A stretch of 27,050 nucleotides of DNA, taken from positions 186,001 through 213,050 of the forward strand of contig CT868049.1 of the NCBI GenBank assembly GCA_000165425.1, in the 5' to 3' direction. Shown here one piece after another: positions 12,160-24,108 of this stretch. How positions within the stretch are numbered: position 1 is the stretch's first letter; every line of letters starts with the position of its first letter. The DNA comes from Paramecium tetraurelia. Taxonomy: Eukaryota. Below the pieces are notes generated by a model. That model ran no database searches and was not told the origin of the DNA. It saw nothing but the letters and a program-made list of their open reading frames with translations. Made by a program: the position numbers and the translations under genes.

Positions 12160-12635
12160 CATTGTGAAAAAATACTAAATAAAAGGAAGAGAATCACTCT
12201 TAGTCCTGATTGAACAGACAGAAATTAATATAAAGGAAACCAATTTATAAGATTGCAGAATAAGACAATGCATTTATAATGCTGCGATTAGGCAACTAAA
12301 GGAATCCTTAATTAGATATGGTTACAGATGTTCCTAGCATAATCAAAAATATGATTAGAATTAATTAAGAGAAAAAGAATTAGAAAGAATGAATATGTTT
12401 TATTTATTGTATTGAATATATATATCAATAGATATGATGATGATTGTTTCATTAATTTAAGTGATAAAGAAATTGATTAATTTTTTGTAACTAGGGATTA
12501 AGATATCAAAAGAGCTTATAATTTGAAAATATTGAGCATGTTTTATATTGTAGACTTAATGCATTCTTACTCTTATGAATTGCAAGTGGCTTATGTTCTA
12601 AAATATACTTGAATTCCATTTTTAAAACAATTAAA
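12160..12635 (+). pseudogene. Degraded coding-like sequence, possibly the former 5' (RRM-like) part of the downstream KH gene
   Basis: About 80-codon open stretch from 12164 with GTG rather than ATG at its start. RRM-like fragments (DQDIKRAY / FENIEHVLYCRLNAFLL / YELQVAYVLKY) fall in different frames with TGA stops. Confidence 0.4.
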
Positions 12636-13816
12636 ATGTGTAGAGATGATATGAATAATACAAATAATATTATTTTAACCGAATTTATTAATGAGTTTCT
12701 AAGAGATGTCTAAGCAAATAGAGGACATGACTAATTTTCTTGTATGAATCCATAATAACCTTTTAGTTAGAATAGAGCGATGAAAGCTTAGTAAATACAT
12801 CTCCTACGAATCGCGAATAAATAAATCTTATCATCAATGATCACAAAGTGAAATAGAGAGTTAATACAATGTTGAAACAGAAGGTAATTTATGTAAACCT
12901 AAAATTAGAGTAGACAATATCCGCATTAATATTTAACTGTGGAATTATCAAGTGAAGACAATTATGAAATTGAGCTGGATTAAGAAGATATTAAATAAGT
13001 AACGAAATTTTTATATTCAAATTATAGGTTTGTGAAAATTTTGGAGAAGTCAAATAAGTCTACACCAAACTAAATGGAGCAATAATAATTAAGTTCAATT
13101 CACTTTTTGATGCTTTTATTGTTTATAAGCTTTTAAACAAACATTAAATAAAAGAGTTGGATGTCACTATCAAAATTGAATTTACTACCTAGTAGGATCT
13201 GTTGGAAATCATGGAGATCCAGGACTCTAATTAATAAAAATTTACATGTCGCTATGATGTTTAAATTGATAATGATAAAGAATTTTAAGTTGCTCGCAAA
13301 ATCATAGGTAGTTTATTAATCAAGCAATTCTAGGAGCCAAAGGATGCAATATGAAAAAGATTATTGATTAGTGCTTGATAGATTGTGATACAAAAGAACA
13401 AGATCTTGTTAAACTCAGATTAAGAGGAAGAGGTTCAGGGTACAAAGAAGGTCCTGAAAAAAGAGAATCATAAGAACCTCTTCATTTATGTGTGTCATCC
13501 AAACACAATCATTTATTTTTGAGAGTAAAATTAATTGTAACTCGAATAGGCCTGTTAATTGGTTGAATAATTACTTTTAAAAATCTATGAGGAATATAAA
13601 ATATTTGGGCTAAATAAGGGACGCAAATAAACACATTACAACATTAGAAGGGTTCACTAATCAATAAAACCTTAAATAAAAACCAACTTTATGCCTGAAT
13701 TACCAAACTTTAATTTCTCAAATGTATTATCATATTTTAGCTTTTAGAATTAATTTGTTGATTTTAACAATGAAAACATAATGGCATATTCCAACATACC
13801 TAATTAATTAATATGA
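12636..13816 (+). CDS. RNA-binding protein with RRM-like domain and KHDC4/BLOM7(SF1)-type KH domain
   Basis: Introns 12742-12770, 12884-12908, 12999-13027, 13308-13333, 13525-13549 and 13724-13747 give 341 codons. KH motifs FQVARKIIGAKGCNMKKI and VKLRLRGRGSGYKEGPEKRESQEPLHLCVSS. RRM-like EDIKQVCENFGEVKQV. Start codon uncertain. Confidence 0.82.
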
Positions 13817-14604
13817 TGAATTCATATATCATATTTATAATTAATAAATTGTAATTTGTATTTCTCAAATGGATTAACATCTTCAGAAGCAACAAGAATT
13901 AATACTATTCACAATTATCGAATATCCTATGTCTAAATTTCTTAATTCAGAATATTTTATATACTTATTGATTGATGAAAATTTTCTACTTTTGATTATC
14001 CTTACCTTCACATTTTATTAATACAATAATTAAATAAAGACATGAGGGTTTCTTTCATTTGAAAATTTCATTTAAGAACGCAATATTCTAATAGGTCTCT
14101 AGCATCAGAGAAGATTTTAGTATTGCATGATAATTTGATGAATTAAGGAGAATCAAAGACTAAATATTCTAAAAAAATAGAGGCTGAACACATTCAACCA
14201 ATACTATCAATACTCTAAGATTATTCATTTCTTTTTAATTGAGCTTTATGTTGGAAGAATTATATTAGAATTGCAGTGATGATTTTAGAACAGTATTTTT
14301 TGTCAAGGTAGTCAATAATTACAAAAAGCTGTTCTTGTAGTTTTGTTATATTTAGAAACTTTCTCATTAAATAGAAGGAAATCTATAAAGAAAGGCAAAG
14401 AAATCTTTATAAATTATTAATTTGAAAACAAAACCAATTCACAACTATCAATTAATATCTAAGACTATTTCTACAGGAATTTAGAATATTTATATTTTGT
14501 TATTGGAAATTAAATTCTTCTTGGTCATCAAAACACAGATTAAATAGCAATAAAAAATTGAGAGAAGTATTTGATTATGTTATATATTAATAAATATAAT
14601 GTAT

Positions 14605-14682
14605 AGGTATATGTATATGTATATATATAGATAGTATTGATTTATATGTATGTATATATATATATATATATGTGTGTGTGGG
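14605..14682. repeat. (TA)n/(TG)n/TATG microsatellite downstream of ADP/ATP carrier copy 1
   Basis: tatatgtatgtatatatatatatatatatgtgtgtgtg seen directly, and mirrored at about 18802-18880. Confidence 0.85.
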
Positions 14683-14728
14683 TAATATATATTGTTATAT
14701 TGTATATTGAATGTACAATAATAATTGA

Positions 14729-15723
14729 TCATTCACCTCCTGATGATTTGGATCCTGGGGCAACAAATTATTAGATTTCATCATAGAGGACTAAGACAAG
14801 TGATGCACCGATTCCTCTGAAGAAATTTGAAAGGGCTCCTTTGAAGAAGGCTTTGGTTCCTTCATTCTTAGCAATTTTGACTGCACAATCAAGTGTATTT
14901 TTATAAAGAACATCTGCTCTTCCTATAAAATAGATAAATATTTATTATTACCAGATTGCATCATCATTCTTCTTCTGATTGTATCTAATGGATAAGAAAT
15001 AACACCAGCTGTTCCTGTAATGAATTAGGCAACAATGAATTTGGCTAAAATGTTACCCCATCATTGGATGTTTAAAGATTGTTTCCCTTTGCTGTGTCAT
15101 ATGTACCAAAATAGACTCCTCTATATACCACAATTCCTAAAACTGAAACTCCAAATCCTCTATACAATCCGATGAATCCATCTGATTTATATACTTTACT
15201 CAAACAATCTGATAAGCCAGCGAATTGTCTCTCAGACTTCTTACCAATATCTGCAGCTAATCTTGTTCTTGCAAAATCGAGTGGATAAACAACCATCAAA
15301 GATGTTGCACCGGCTGCACCACCTGAAGCCATATTTCCTAAGAAAAAGAGGAATTTCTCCTTCTTTGGGTCTTAATAATATTGAAATAATAAATACCAAA
15401 TGGACAGAGAAGCTTCTTGTAGGCATCTTTGAAGGCAAAGTTCAATGCTTAAGTTGGGAAATATCTGATGACATTGGCCAAATTACCTCTCCATAAAGCT
15501 GATAAACCCTTTTATTTTTGATTAAATAATATACTTCTTCCTTTGGGACTCTGATGAAGCAATCAACAATACCATTGTATTTCTTGGCACCTCCTTCTTA
15601 AATTTTTTTATTTGCATCTTAGGTTTAGAGTAACAATTTGACTCTTTCAATTGGAGCAACAGCAGTCTTTGAAACAGCAGCAGAAACACCACCAATCAAG
15701 AAATCTCTCAAGAAATCAGCCAT
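14729..15723 (-). pseudogene. ANT: Mitochondrial ADP/ATP carrier copy 1, frameshifted in this sequence (pseudogene or base-call errors)
   Basis: Matches copy 2 except for an extra base in the T-run 15082-15084 and in the C-run 15056-15059. The net +2 shift gives a premature TGA near 14964, at the position of the RRRMMM motif. Confidence 0.75.
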
Positions 15724-17570
15724 TTATATGAAAAAAATAAATCTTTTTGAATTTTTGGAACAAATTTGTGCTTATATACATCACAAATAAATATATATTA
15801 TATAATATTCTTTTATTACCTTCTATTTTATTACACTATTTCTAATAATTTTTATTAAAACCTTGAAAAAAAGCTATTTTCCTTTTCCATCCTTCTTACA
15901 TTTTATTTATATTCAATGCTAACATAGTTTTTCACCCAAATGTCACTTGAATCCTGTTACATCCTTAAAATGAAATAATTAAAATTTTGGTTCATAATCA
16001 TTATTAGTAGTTTTTCCGACTAAAAGTAGGAGAGAAATTGGGATGTAGCAATTAGCATATTGTTTTCTAAAGAAGGATGATGTTTTTAAAATAATACATA
16101 ATTTATTATCTTTTTGGAATGATAAGAGTTTATTCTAAATTTTATTTCCAGGATTGTGATTCTGCTCAAATTTCATAAGAACTATACAAATCCTCAATTT
16201 GTTTTTAAGAAATTATTAAATATATCAATTAGAGAGTTATTTATACATTTTTCAATCCATAGAATTTTCTAAAGTATGTTAGCACAACTTCCTAAAATAA
16301 TAAAATAGTGTCTTGAAATTACTATTGATAATGAAAACGAATTTTAGAACTCATATATGGTAAAATGATATTGATTAGTGATTTTTGCAAATTCTATCTA
16401 TTGTTTGATGTAAACTATTTTTTATATTACAATTAGAAATTTGGAAATAATTTTCATTAGGGAATTAAATACTAACTTATAGGTTCAGTTGCCTAATGGG
16501 ATGTTTATTATTGATTTTATTGCGAAAAAGTTGTATTTTACAAACTTATATTTATCTTATATTCTAAATAATGATAGAAGAACTATGAATAGAGATTGAG
16601 GGTGCAGTTTATGAGAAATAATTAGCTTAAATCGTAAGGTCTACTTTATACTTCACTTAACAAGCCTCAGGGAGTTATTTCATTTAGTTGAAAAGAGTAG
16701 ACTTTGGGTTTTAATTCTGAGAGGCTTCCACATATAGAATGGTTTGATACATGTCTTTATTATTGATTATTATTTTGATTTAGTTTAAAATTGATCTCAT
16801 CAAGTAAATCTGGAAATTAGTCAAGAATCAAATAAATCAATCAGTAAAAGGAAATAGAATAAGAATAAGTGATATAAAATTAATTTAAAGAGGTGAAATT
16901 CTGAATATAATATGGTTCGAAAGGGCGATAAGAATAACTATTAACATTTTAACATGGCAACATATAAAAGAAATAAGGTTAGAGAATTTAATAACATTAG
17001 AATTATATTATTTTATATATATGCAAAAAATGTGATTTTTATCATCTCTTAACAATACAAGATAGCGAAATGTTCAATTTAATGGTTTTAGTTTTTATTC
17101 TCTCCTAAGAAAGTTACTTAAAATTTTAGTTCTACCTATAGTAATTATCTCTTCCTAAATCTTATTCCAACCAAAATAATTACATATAAATATGATATAC
17201 TGATGAAATTGATTTTCTGGAATACATTAATGGAATATAAATAAATGAAATTATGAATAATATATTTATTTCAATTCTACGAAACCTAGTTTATATTAGA
17301 TGTAAGAGTTAACAATTTTCAAACGTATTTCATGAAATAATTTATGTGAAAGAATGATTTAATAAAATGTTAAATATTCCCATATTAAATGGCTTAAAGG
17401 GAGTGTTCTATCAATCATAAAACATACTTATACAATTACAAACTCTTTAGTGAAAGAAGAATCAAAAATTACAATTATTAATAGTATCAATATGAAAAAA
17501 TGGTTACATTAATTTAGAATAAAAGGAAATAATCAAAATATGAAAATTATTTAGAATAGACTTTGGAATA

Positions 17571-18900
17571 TGAATATAAATAAAATGTAAGAAGGATGGA
17601 AAAGGAAAATAGCTTTTTTTCAAGGTTTTAATAAAAATTATTAGAAATAGTGTAATAAAATAGAAGGTAATAAAAGAATATTATATAATATATATTTATT
17701 TGTGATGTATATAAGCACAAATTTGTTCCAAAAATTCAAAAAGATTTATTTTTTTCATATAAATGGCTGATTTCTTGAGAGATTTCTTGATTGGTGGTGT
17801 TTCTGCTGCTGTTTCAAAGACTGCTGTTGCTCCAATTGAAAGAGTCAAATTGTTACTCTAAACCTAAGATGCAAATAAAAAAATTTAAGAAGGAGGTGCC
17901 AAGAAATACAATGGTATTGTTGATTGCTTCATCAGAGTCCCAAAGGAAGAAGTATATTATTTAATCAAAAATAAAAGGGTTTATCAGCTTTATGGAGAGG
18001 TAATTTGGCCAATGTCATCAGATATTTCCCAACTTAAGCATTGAACTTTGCCTTCAAAGATGCCTACAAGAAGCTTCTCTGTCCATTTGGTATTTATTAT
18101 TTCAATATTATTAAGACCCAAAGAAGGAGAAATTCCTCTTTTTCTTAGGAAATATGGCTTCAGGTGGTGCAGCCGGTGCAACATCTTTGATGGTTGTTTA
18201 TCCACTCGATTTTGCAAGAACAAGATTAGCTGCAGATATTGGTAAGAAGTCTGAGAGACAATTCGCTGGCTTATCAGATTGTTTGAGTAAAGTATATAAA
18301 TCAGATGGATTCATCGGATTGTATAGAGGATTTGGAGTTTCAGTTTTAGGAATTGTGGTATATAGAGGAGTCTATTTTGGTACATATGACACAGCAAAGG
18401 GAACAATCTTTAAACATCCAATGATGGGTAACATTTTAGCCAAATTCATTGTTGCCTAATTCATTACAGGAACAGCTGGTGTTATTTCTTATCCATTAGA
18501 TACAATCAGAAGAAGAATGATGATGCAATCTGGTAATAATAAATATTTATCTATTTTATAGGAAGAGCAGATGTTCTTTATAAAAATACACTTGATTGTG
18601 CAGTCAAAATTGCTAAGAATGAAGGAACCAAAGCCTTCTTCAAAGGAGCCCTTTCAAATTTCTTCAGAGGAATCGGTGCATCACTTGTCTTAGTCCTCTA
18701 TGATGAAATCTAATAATTTGTTGCCCCAGGATCCAAATCATCAGGAGGTGAATGATCAATTATTATTGTACATTCAATATACAATATAACAATATATATT
18801 ACCCACACACACATATATATATATATATATACATACATATAAATCAATACTATCTATATATATACATATACATATACCTATACATTATATTTATTAATAT
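17571..18900 (+). repeat. Right arm of the 1.33-kb inverted repeat
   Basis: Reverse complement of 14584-15915. Includes 192 nt upstream of the ATG, all three introns and 145 nt downstream of the stop. Confidence 0.95.
17763..18755 (+). CDS. ANT: Mitochondrial ADP/ATP carrier (adenine nucleotide translocase), intact copy 2
   Basis: [72 protein letters not shown] and the signature [15 protein letters not shown]. Introns 17952-17977, 18090-18115, 18533-18561. 303 aa. Confidence 0.97.
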
Positions 18901-19211
18901 TTCGTGTAATCCATTACTTAACAGAATTATGTAAAATTTGATAATTATCCCTTTTTTTTGAAGCAATTAGTTTCTTCTATTGTCAATTAAATGGTGAAAT
19001 TTTCTAGAAGTAGATTAATTCTTAAATAAAATTTATTTAATAGGAGAACAGATATAAATTTATGAAAAATGATTTATTAAAATCCAACATAATCTTAAAG
19101 TATAAATGGATGCAATGTTAAAATTAAATTTGAATTAATAGAAATTTTCATATCCAAATAATTGTTGCAATATAAATGAAGTAATAATCATTTTTGAAAA
19201 TTAAAATATTA

Positions 19212-20077
19212 TCATTCACCTTTTTATTATTCATTATTTTTCTTAACTGCAGAAACAATTTCTTTAGATATTGGAACAGTGAATGGAATAGATATGGGTT
19301 ACTGAAATGAAAATGCATTTTAATTTGGATTTTTTTGTATTTAAGGGGTAGTAAATTAGGGCAATTCTTGAGTGGCTTATGATTTTTATTATGGAGGAGA
19401 TTAAACAATTAATGGGAAGCTAGCAGGAATAGATCGAATGGGAGAATTTAAAGGTTGTCTTTTTGTATCAGAATAATTATCTAAAACTTAAATGGATGTT
19501 CTTTATTTTGAAGGAGTATTAGTAGGTGACATTGCTTACAACTATTATTGTATTTGGAAATAGGGAGTTATTGACTCTGTTAAGACTGAAGTAATTCTAC
19601 CATACAAGTTTTGCTCATATAATAAAAGTTATTTAATGAAACCTGGATTAGGAGAAGCTATGGGTCTCTAATATTTAACATAGATTAAGGCTTATTCTAG
19701 ATTAAGGTTTCTTTTTTTCATCAAATAGGAGACAACAATAGCTGTTGATCTTGATTTGCCAGCATGACAATGGACTAAAACATTAGTGTATTGTCTAGAC
19801 GATTCTAAGTACGCATGAGCTTGTTCAAAAAGTGGAGTCATATCAAAAAGAGGAGTGTCATGGCAATCTAATATTAGATTGTTGATCTCTGGACCGTATT
19901 AAATTTCTTTAGTTAAAATGAAGGATTACTAAATTCAGAACAAACTGAGAGAACGCATGTAATATTGTGTTAATTTAGTGCATTCATATTCGTTGCAGTA
20001 ATGATGGAACCTTGAAAAAGTCCTCCCCTTTTTTCGACTGGTTCTATGATGAAGGAAATATCGTAATTGTTAATCAT
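19212..20077 (-). CDS. Dual-specificity protein phosphatase with P/Q/S-rich C-terminal tail
   Basis: ATG 20077, intron 19907-19929, TGA ending at 19212, 280 aa. Active site VLVHCHAGKSRSTAIVVSYLM and RPIASPNPGFIKQL. Confidence 0.92.
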
Positions 20078-20699
20078 AATAATAAATTATAAATAATAAA
20101 GAATTCGATTGAAATTTCTGTATAATTCAGATTTATGTTATACATATAGTCTACGTCTTATCATTCAACTGCTTCTTCCAACATGACTTCAAAAAAGTTA
20201 GGCTTATTTGTAGAATGCAAATCAATTTTTAATTTACTTTTTCAATAAAGTATAATCATTTAACTAATCTTATATTCATGAATAGTTTATAGCATCTATG
20301 AGTAGTAAATCTTTTTATTGATTCAAAATTAGATTCTAAACTTAGTAGCGATTATTAAGTGAACTTGATTCTATACCAAAATCCAATTAAATACAAATAG
20401 TCTAATCCAAATCTTTTTGATACTAAATACTCTAATTATGTATAACTTAATTTTGATATGTTAATACTGATGTATGCACTATTATATTTAAAATGTTTAT
20501 CAACTATTTTAGGCTGTTCTTTTTTTTAAATCTTAGAACTATGGAGATTGTATCACTAATTGACTTACTGTAATTTTATCATATAAGATATTGGGATTTC
20601 TTTATATTTCGAAGTATATTAAGATTAAAATATTATGATCTCATTTAATAAACTATAATATTTAGATATTGGGATAAGTACTTGATTGATTATTACCAA

Positions 20700-21558
20700 A
20701 ATTAGGAACTCTTCAAAATTGGCAAGAGATGTTTGAATTTAACAATAATCTAATAAAGACTACTTGACTAAGTTAAAATGAAAATTTCAAATTAATACTT
20801 AACATTTGAAGCATAATTCTAATTTTTGTATAGAACCATTTCATCATTCAATGATGTTGAAATAAATTTGAAATTTACACTCTCAGCCTTTAGTATCTTT
20901 ATCATATCCAAATATACTTTGTTGTTTATATTTAATATAATCTACCTTTAAATAGTTAAATTAAAATTATCTCTTGGAATAAATATCCTGTTTCATAACG
21001 TTTTGTCGCTTTCTCCAATCTTTAATTTCTATCTCATTTTAAAATATATAATTGCTCATTAACATAAACTGAATTGAACAATTTTGTGTAAAATGTTCTC
21101 TAATTTGAGAAGTTTTTACTTTTTCTTCAATTTTATTGGGAATTTGGATTGTTTACTATTACATTTGTAAAATTATATTTGCTCTTACTCTTAATTGGAA
21201 TTCTTTCAACGGTTTTTTATGATTAATTGTAATTTAGAAATTTCTTTTTGAAATATGATTTCATTTCCGACAAATTTAACAGATTTCTATCCAAGCTTAA
21301 TTTCTGTTTATAATTCTTCAATTGAATACTTAATTTTGTTTACTTTGCTGAAAGATAGGAAAACTTTGCTCTCTTCATTCTATGAGAGTAGAATTACCAA
21401 CTATTTCATTCCTAACCAGGAATTGGGCTTGGTAAGATTTAACAACTAATTAGCCCGTAATTTTGAATTTTGGCATTGAGGTTCATTTTTATTCTTTTAA
21501 TACAATCCTTCTTTATCTTCAGAAGTTCATTAGCGTAACAAAGGATTGGAGTTAATCT
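20700..21558 (-). pseudogene. Unidentified coding-like remnant abutting the gap
   Basis: About 100-codon code-6 open stretch on the minus strand (SEDKEGLYQKNKNEPQ...PNSWLGMKQLVILL...IIKNR*), flanked by TGA stops. I could not build a clean gene model. Confidence 0.3.
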
Positions 21559-22031
21559 NNNNNNNNNNNNNNNNNNNNNNNNNNNNNNNNNNNNNNNNNN
21601 NNNNNNNNNNNNNNNNNNNNNNNNNNNNNNNNNNNNNNNNNNNNNNNNNNNNNNNNNNNNNNNNNNNNNNNNNNNNNNNNNNNNNNNNNNNNNNNNNNNN
21701 NNNNNNNNNNNNNNNNNNNNNNNNNNNNNNNNNNNNNNNNNNNNNNNNNNNNNNNNNNNNNNNNNNNNNNNNNNNNNNNNNNNNNNNNNNNNNNNNNNNN
21801 NNNNNNNNNNNNNNNNNNNNNNNNNNNNNNNNNNNNNNNNNNNNNNNNNNNNNNNNNNNNNNNNNNNNNNNNNNNNNNNNNNNNNNNNNNNNNNNNNNNN
21901 NNNNNNNNNNNNNNNNNNNNNNNNNNNNNNNNNNNNNNNNNNNNNNNNNNNNNNNNNNNNNNNNNNNNNNNNNNNNNNNNNNNNNNNNNNNNNNNNNNNN
22001 NNNNNNNNNNNNNNNNNNNNNNNNNNNNNNN
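21559..22031. other. Assembly gap (473 N)
   Basis: Run of N. Confidence 1.
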
Positions 22032-22047
22032 AAAATAATAAATAAAA

Positions 22048-22819
22048 ATGGAAATCGATATACTAAATGAATTGCTATCAGAATCAGTTGCTAAACTTTT
22101 TAATCCAAGAGCTGTATATAATTTTAAAAAACCCAATCCAGTTTATGATAATTACTAAAAGAACTCAAATAACACATCTTCATCATCTATATCTTCTATG
22201 CAATCTGATCAACCAAAATTTGAGCAACCATAATAAAAATTATCCAATCCTCCAACAATTGAATAATGGGTGAGTGTAATGGGCCCATAAAAATTACAGG
22301 AATCATTAAATAAGTAAGATGCTCTATTTATAAAGATCAAATATAGATTTAAATAAGTTAACAAAAAGAGATCTAGAAATGATGTCTATGGATTAACTCT
22401 AGAATGAAAAAAAAAGAGTAAAAAATGAACTCAAATTTTATGATGCTAATTTTTAATCTATTTTCAATAGATTTCCATTGAGAAATGAAAAAGAACCAAT
22501 GAGACCATTATATATATATTATAAAAAGTTGAAGTAACAAATAGATAAAATTACTCAAAACCCAGGAATTCAGATACCTGCTTATAAATAATCAACCAAT
22601 AACACTTAGGGAGACATCTAAAAAAGAATAGAAGATTTAAAGAAAACAAGAGCAGAATTAAGAGAAAAACTAAATAACTTTTAGAATGAATTCACAACTA
22701 CGCACAATAGAAGAATTAGATTTCATAAGGATATTGCTCCAGTTGAAAAAGAATATAAACTTTACAAAGAAATTAAAAATGAAATCTAAAAGTTGGAGAA
22801 TATCTTATTAAAGAAATGA
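22048..22819 (+). CDS. FAM13A-like C-terminal coiled-coil domain protein (5' end may extend into the gap)
   Basis: ATG 22048, intron 22314-22335, TGA 22817-22819, 249 aa. Two related units LQNEKKRVKNELKFYDANF...EKEPMRPLYIYYKKLK and RAELREKLNNFQNEF...HNRRIRFHKDIAPVEKEYKLYKEIK resemble the FAM13 C-terminal tandem domain. Confidence 0.8.
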
Positions 22820-23580
22820 ATAAGATTTTATATTTAACATATGTATACATGGATATGTAATAAATTAACATAATTTAATTTTTCTTATTTAATTCAAGAT
22901 TTTCTATTTATTTGGCTGTTGATTTTAATTTATTCTGCTTATTTCCCTATTTTAAACTATATATAATATTCTTGTAACATAAAATTTAAACTTCAGTCAA
23001 TAACTACTACATCAATCAACAGAATTAGAAATTGACATTTAAATTAAAATGCAAATTTGATAGCTTTCATCCTTCTTTATAATTCCTGAAATGTATATTT
23101 TCCTTGATATAATTTAACTGAGTTATAACTTAAAGAAGCCGAATCATTTTAACACTTTCTAAAATTGCACCTACTTTAAACAAAATGAGATTAATATGTT
23201 AAAGAATATATTTTACATATATATATATAATTATCAAATAATAAAATTAATTTCATACTGTCTTACAAATTCAACTGAATTTTTATATTCTATAAATATT
23301 TAAGAAAGATAATTATGATTAGCCGTTAACTAATATTTCTTTCCCCTAAAAGCCCATCCTTTAACTTGATTGAAAAATTTTTAAAATAGATCTATAAATT
23401 CAATGAAGTAAAAAATTAAATTGAAAAGTAATCTCAGTATTTTGAAGTTATTCATATATATTGCAACTAACTATTAACTGTTAAACTAAGAGGAATATTA
23501 GTTCAATTCCTTTTACATGGAAAAAACTTTATTAAGTTGAATTAAATTAAATTAAATTTTTAATATATATCTCAACTTGT

Positions 23581-23874
23581 TCATTTTTGAAAGATTTCGG
23601 ACGAACGACTAAATGTCGTCTATTCAACAATAGTATTAAATCGTTGATTCAATTTGTAAAATTGGAAGCACAGATCTCTTCTGTAAGGGTATTCTCTATA
23701 GCATAGAGATTACTCCAAGGCACAATTATATATGTAGCTCTCAATGGATAAATAGTCTTAATACAACACAGGGTCATGTCTCTCGACATGATCAAAAGAC
23801 CATTAACATCCACACTCGCTACATTTCTTCCAGCTATGTTCATATCTATCAAGGAACTGACTGTGGCAAATCTC
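23581..23874 (-). CDS. 3' fragment of a Cys/His-containing hypothetical protein (5' part in the gap)
   Basis: 98-codon code-6 frame from the gap edge, EICHSQFLDRYEHSWKKCSECGCQWSFDHVERHD...SEIFQK*. The CxxC could be the end of a RING or other Zn finger. Confidence 0.5.
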
Positions 23875-23875
23875 C

Positions 23876-24025
23876 NNNNNNNNNNNNNNNNNNNNNNNNN
23901 NNNNNNNNNNNNNNNNNNNNNNNNNNNNNNNNNNNNNNNNNNNNNNNNNNNNNNNNNNNNNNNNNNNNNNNNNNNNNNNNNNNNNNNNNNNNNNNNNNNN
24001 NNNNNNNNNNNNNNNNNNNNNNNNN
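23876..24025. other. Assembly gap (150 N)
   Basis: Run of N. Confidence 1.
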
Positions 24026-24108
24026 AACCAACCCCACCCCAAACTCATACCAAACCCAACCCCAAACCCAAACCCCAAACCCAACCCCCCTTCTAAACCC
24101 AAACCCAC
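24026..24108 (+). repeat. Degenerate telomeric repeats (mixed CCCCAA/CCCAAA)
   Basis: ccaaacccaaccccaaacccaaaccccaaacccaacccccc...aaacccaaaccc immediately after the gap. Paramecium telomeres are a mixture of C4A2 and C3A3. Confidence 0.75.

Larger units (their letters stand above)
14584..15915 (-). repeat. Left arm of a 1.33-kb inverted repeat
   Basis: Reverse complement of 17571-18900. Mirror coordinates sum to 33486 for the gene 5' part and 33484 for the 3' part, which fits two 1-nt indels. Confidence 0.95.

Noticed and set aside
13900..14560. About 55-codon open stretch on + near 14070-14240
   Set aside because: No clear start, splice model or homology cue.
15916..17570. Possible gene or relic in the spacer (slightly GC-richer 16480-16760)
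   Set aside because: Only short open stretches with no recognisable motif.
15241..18245. Paired identical ORFs MPSKMPTR... and MFLQNRVD...
   Set aside because: Alternative-frame or antisense readings of the duplicated carrier gene that cross an intron.
14584..18900. Inverted repeat as the terminal inverted repeats of a transposon
   Set aside because: The arms are a housekeeping gene, the spacer has no recognisable transposase, and no target-site duplication is evident.
18752..18934. [11 protein letters not shown]...IYIYIY
   Set aside because: Translation of the downstream microsatellite.
21546..24108. X-filled ORFs and the PTPPQTHTKPNPKP / MGLGLEGGLG ORFs
   Set aside because: Artefacts of N gaps and of the telomere-like tract.
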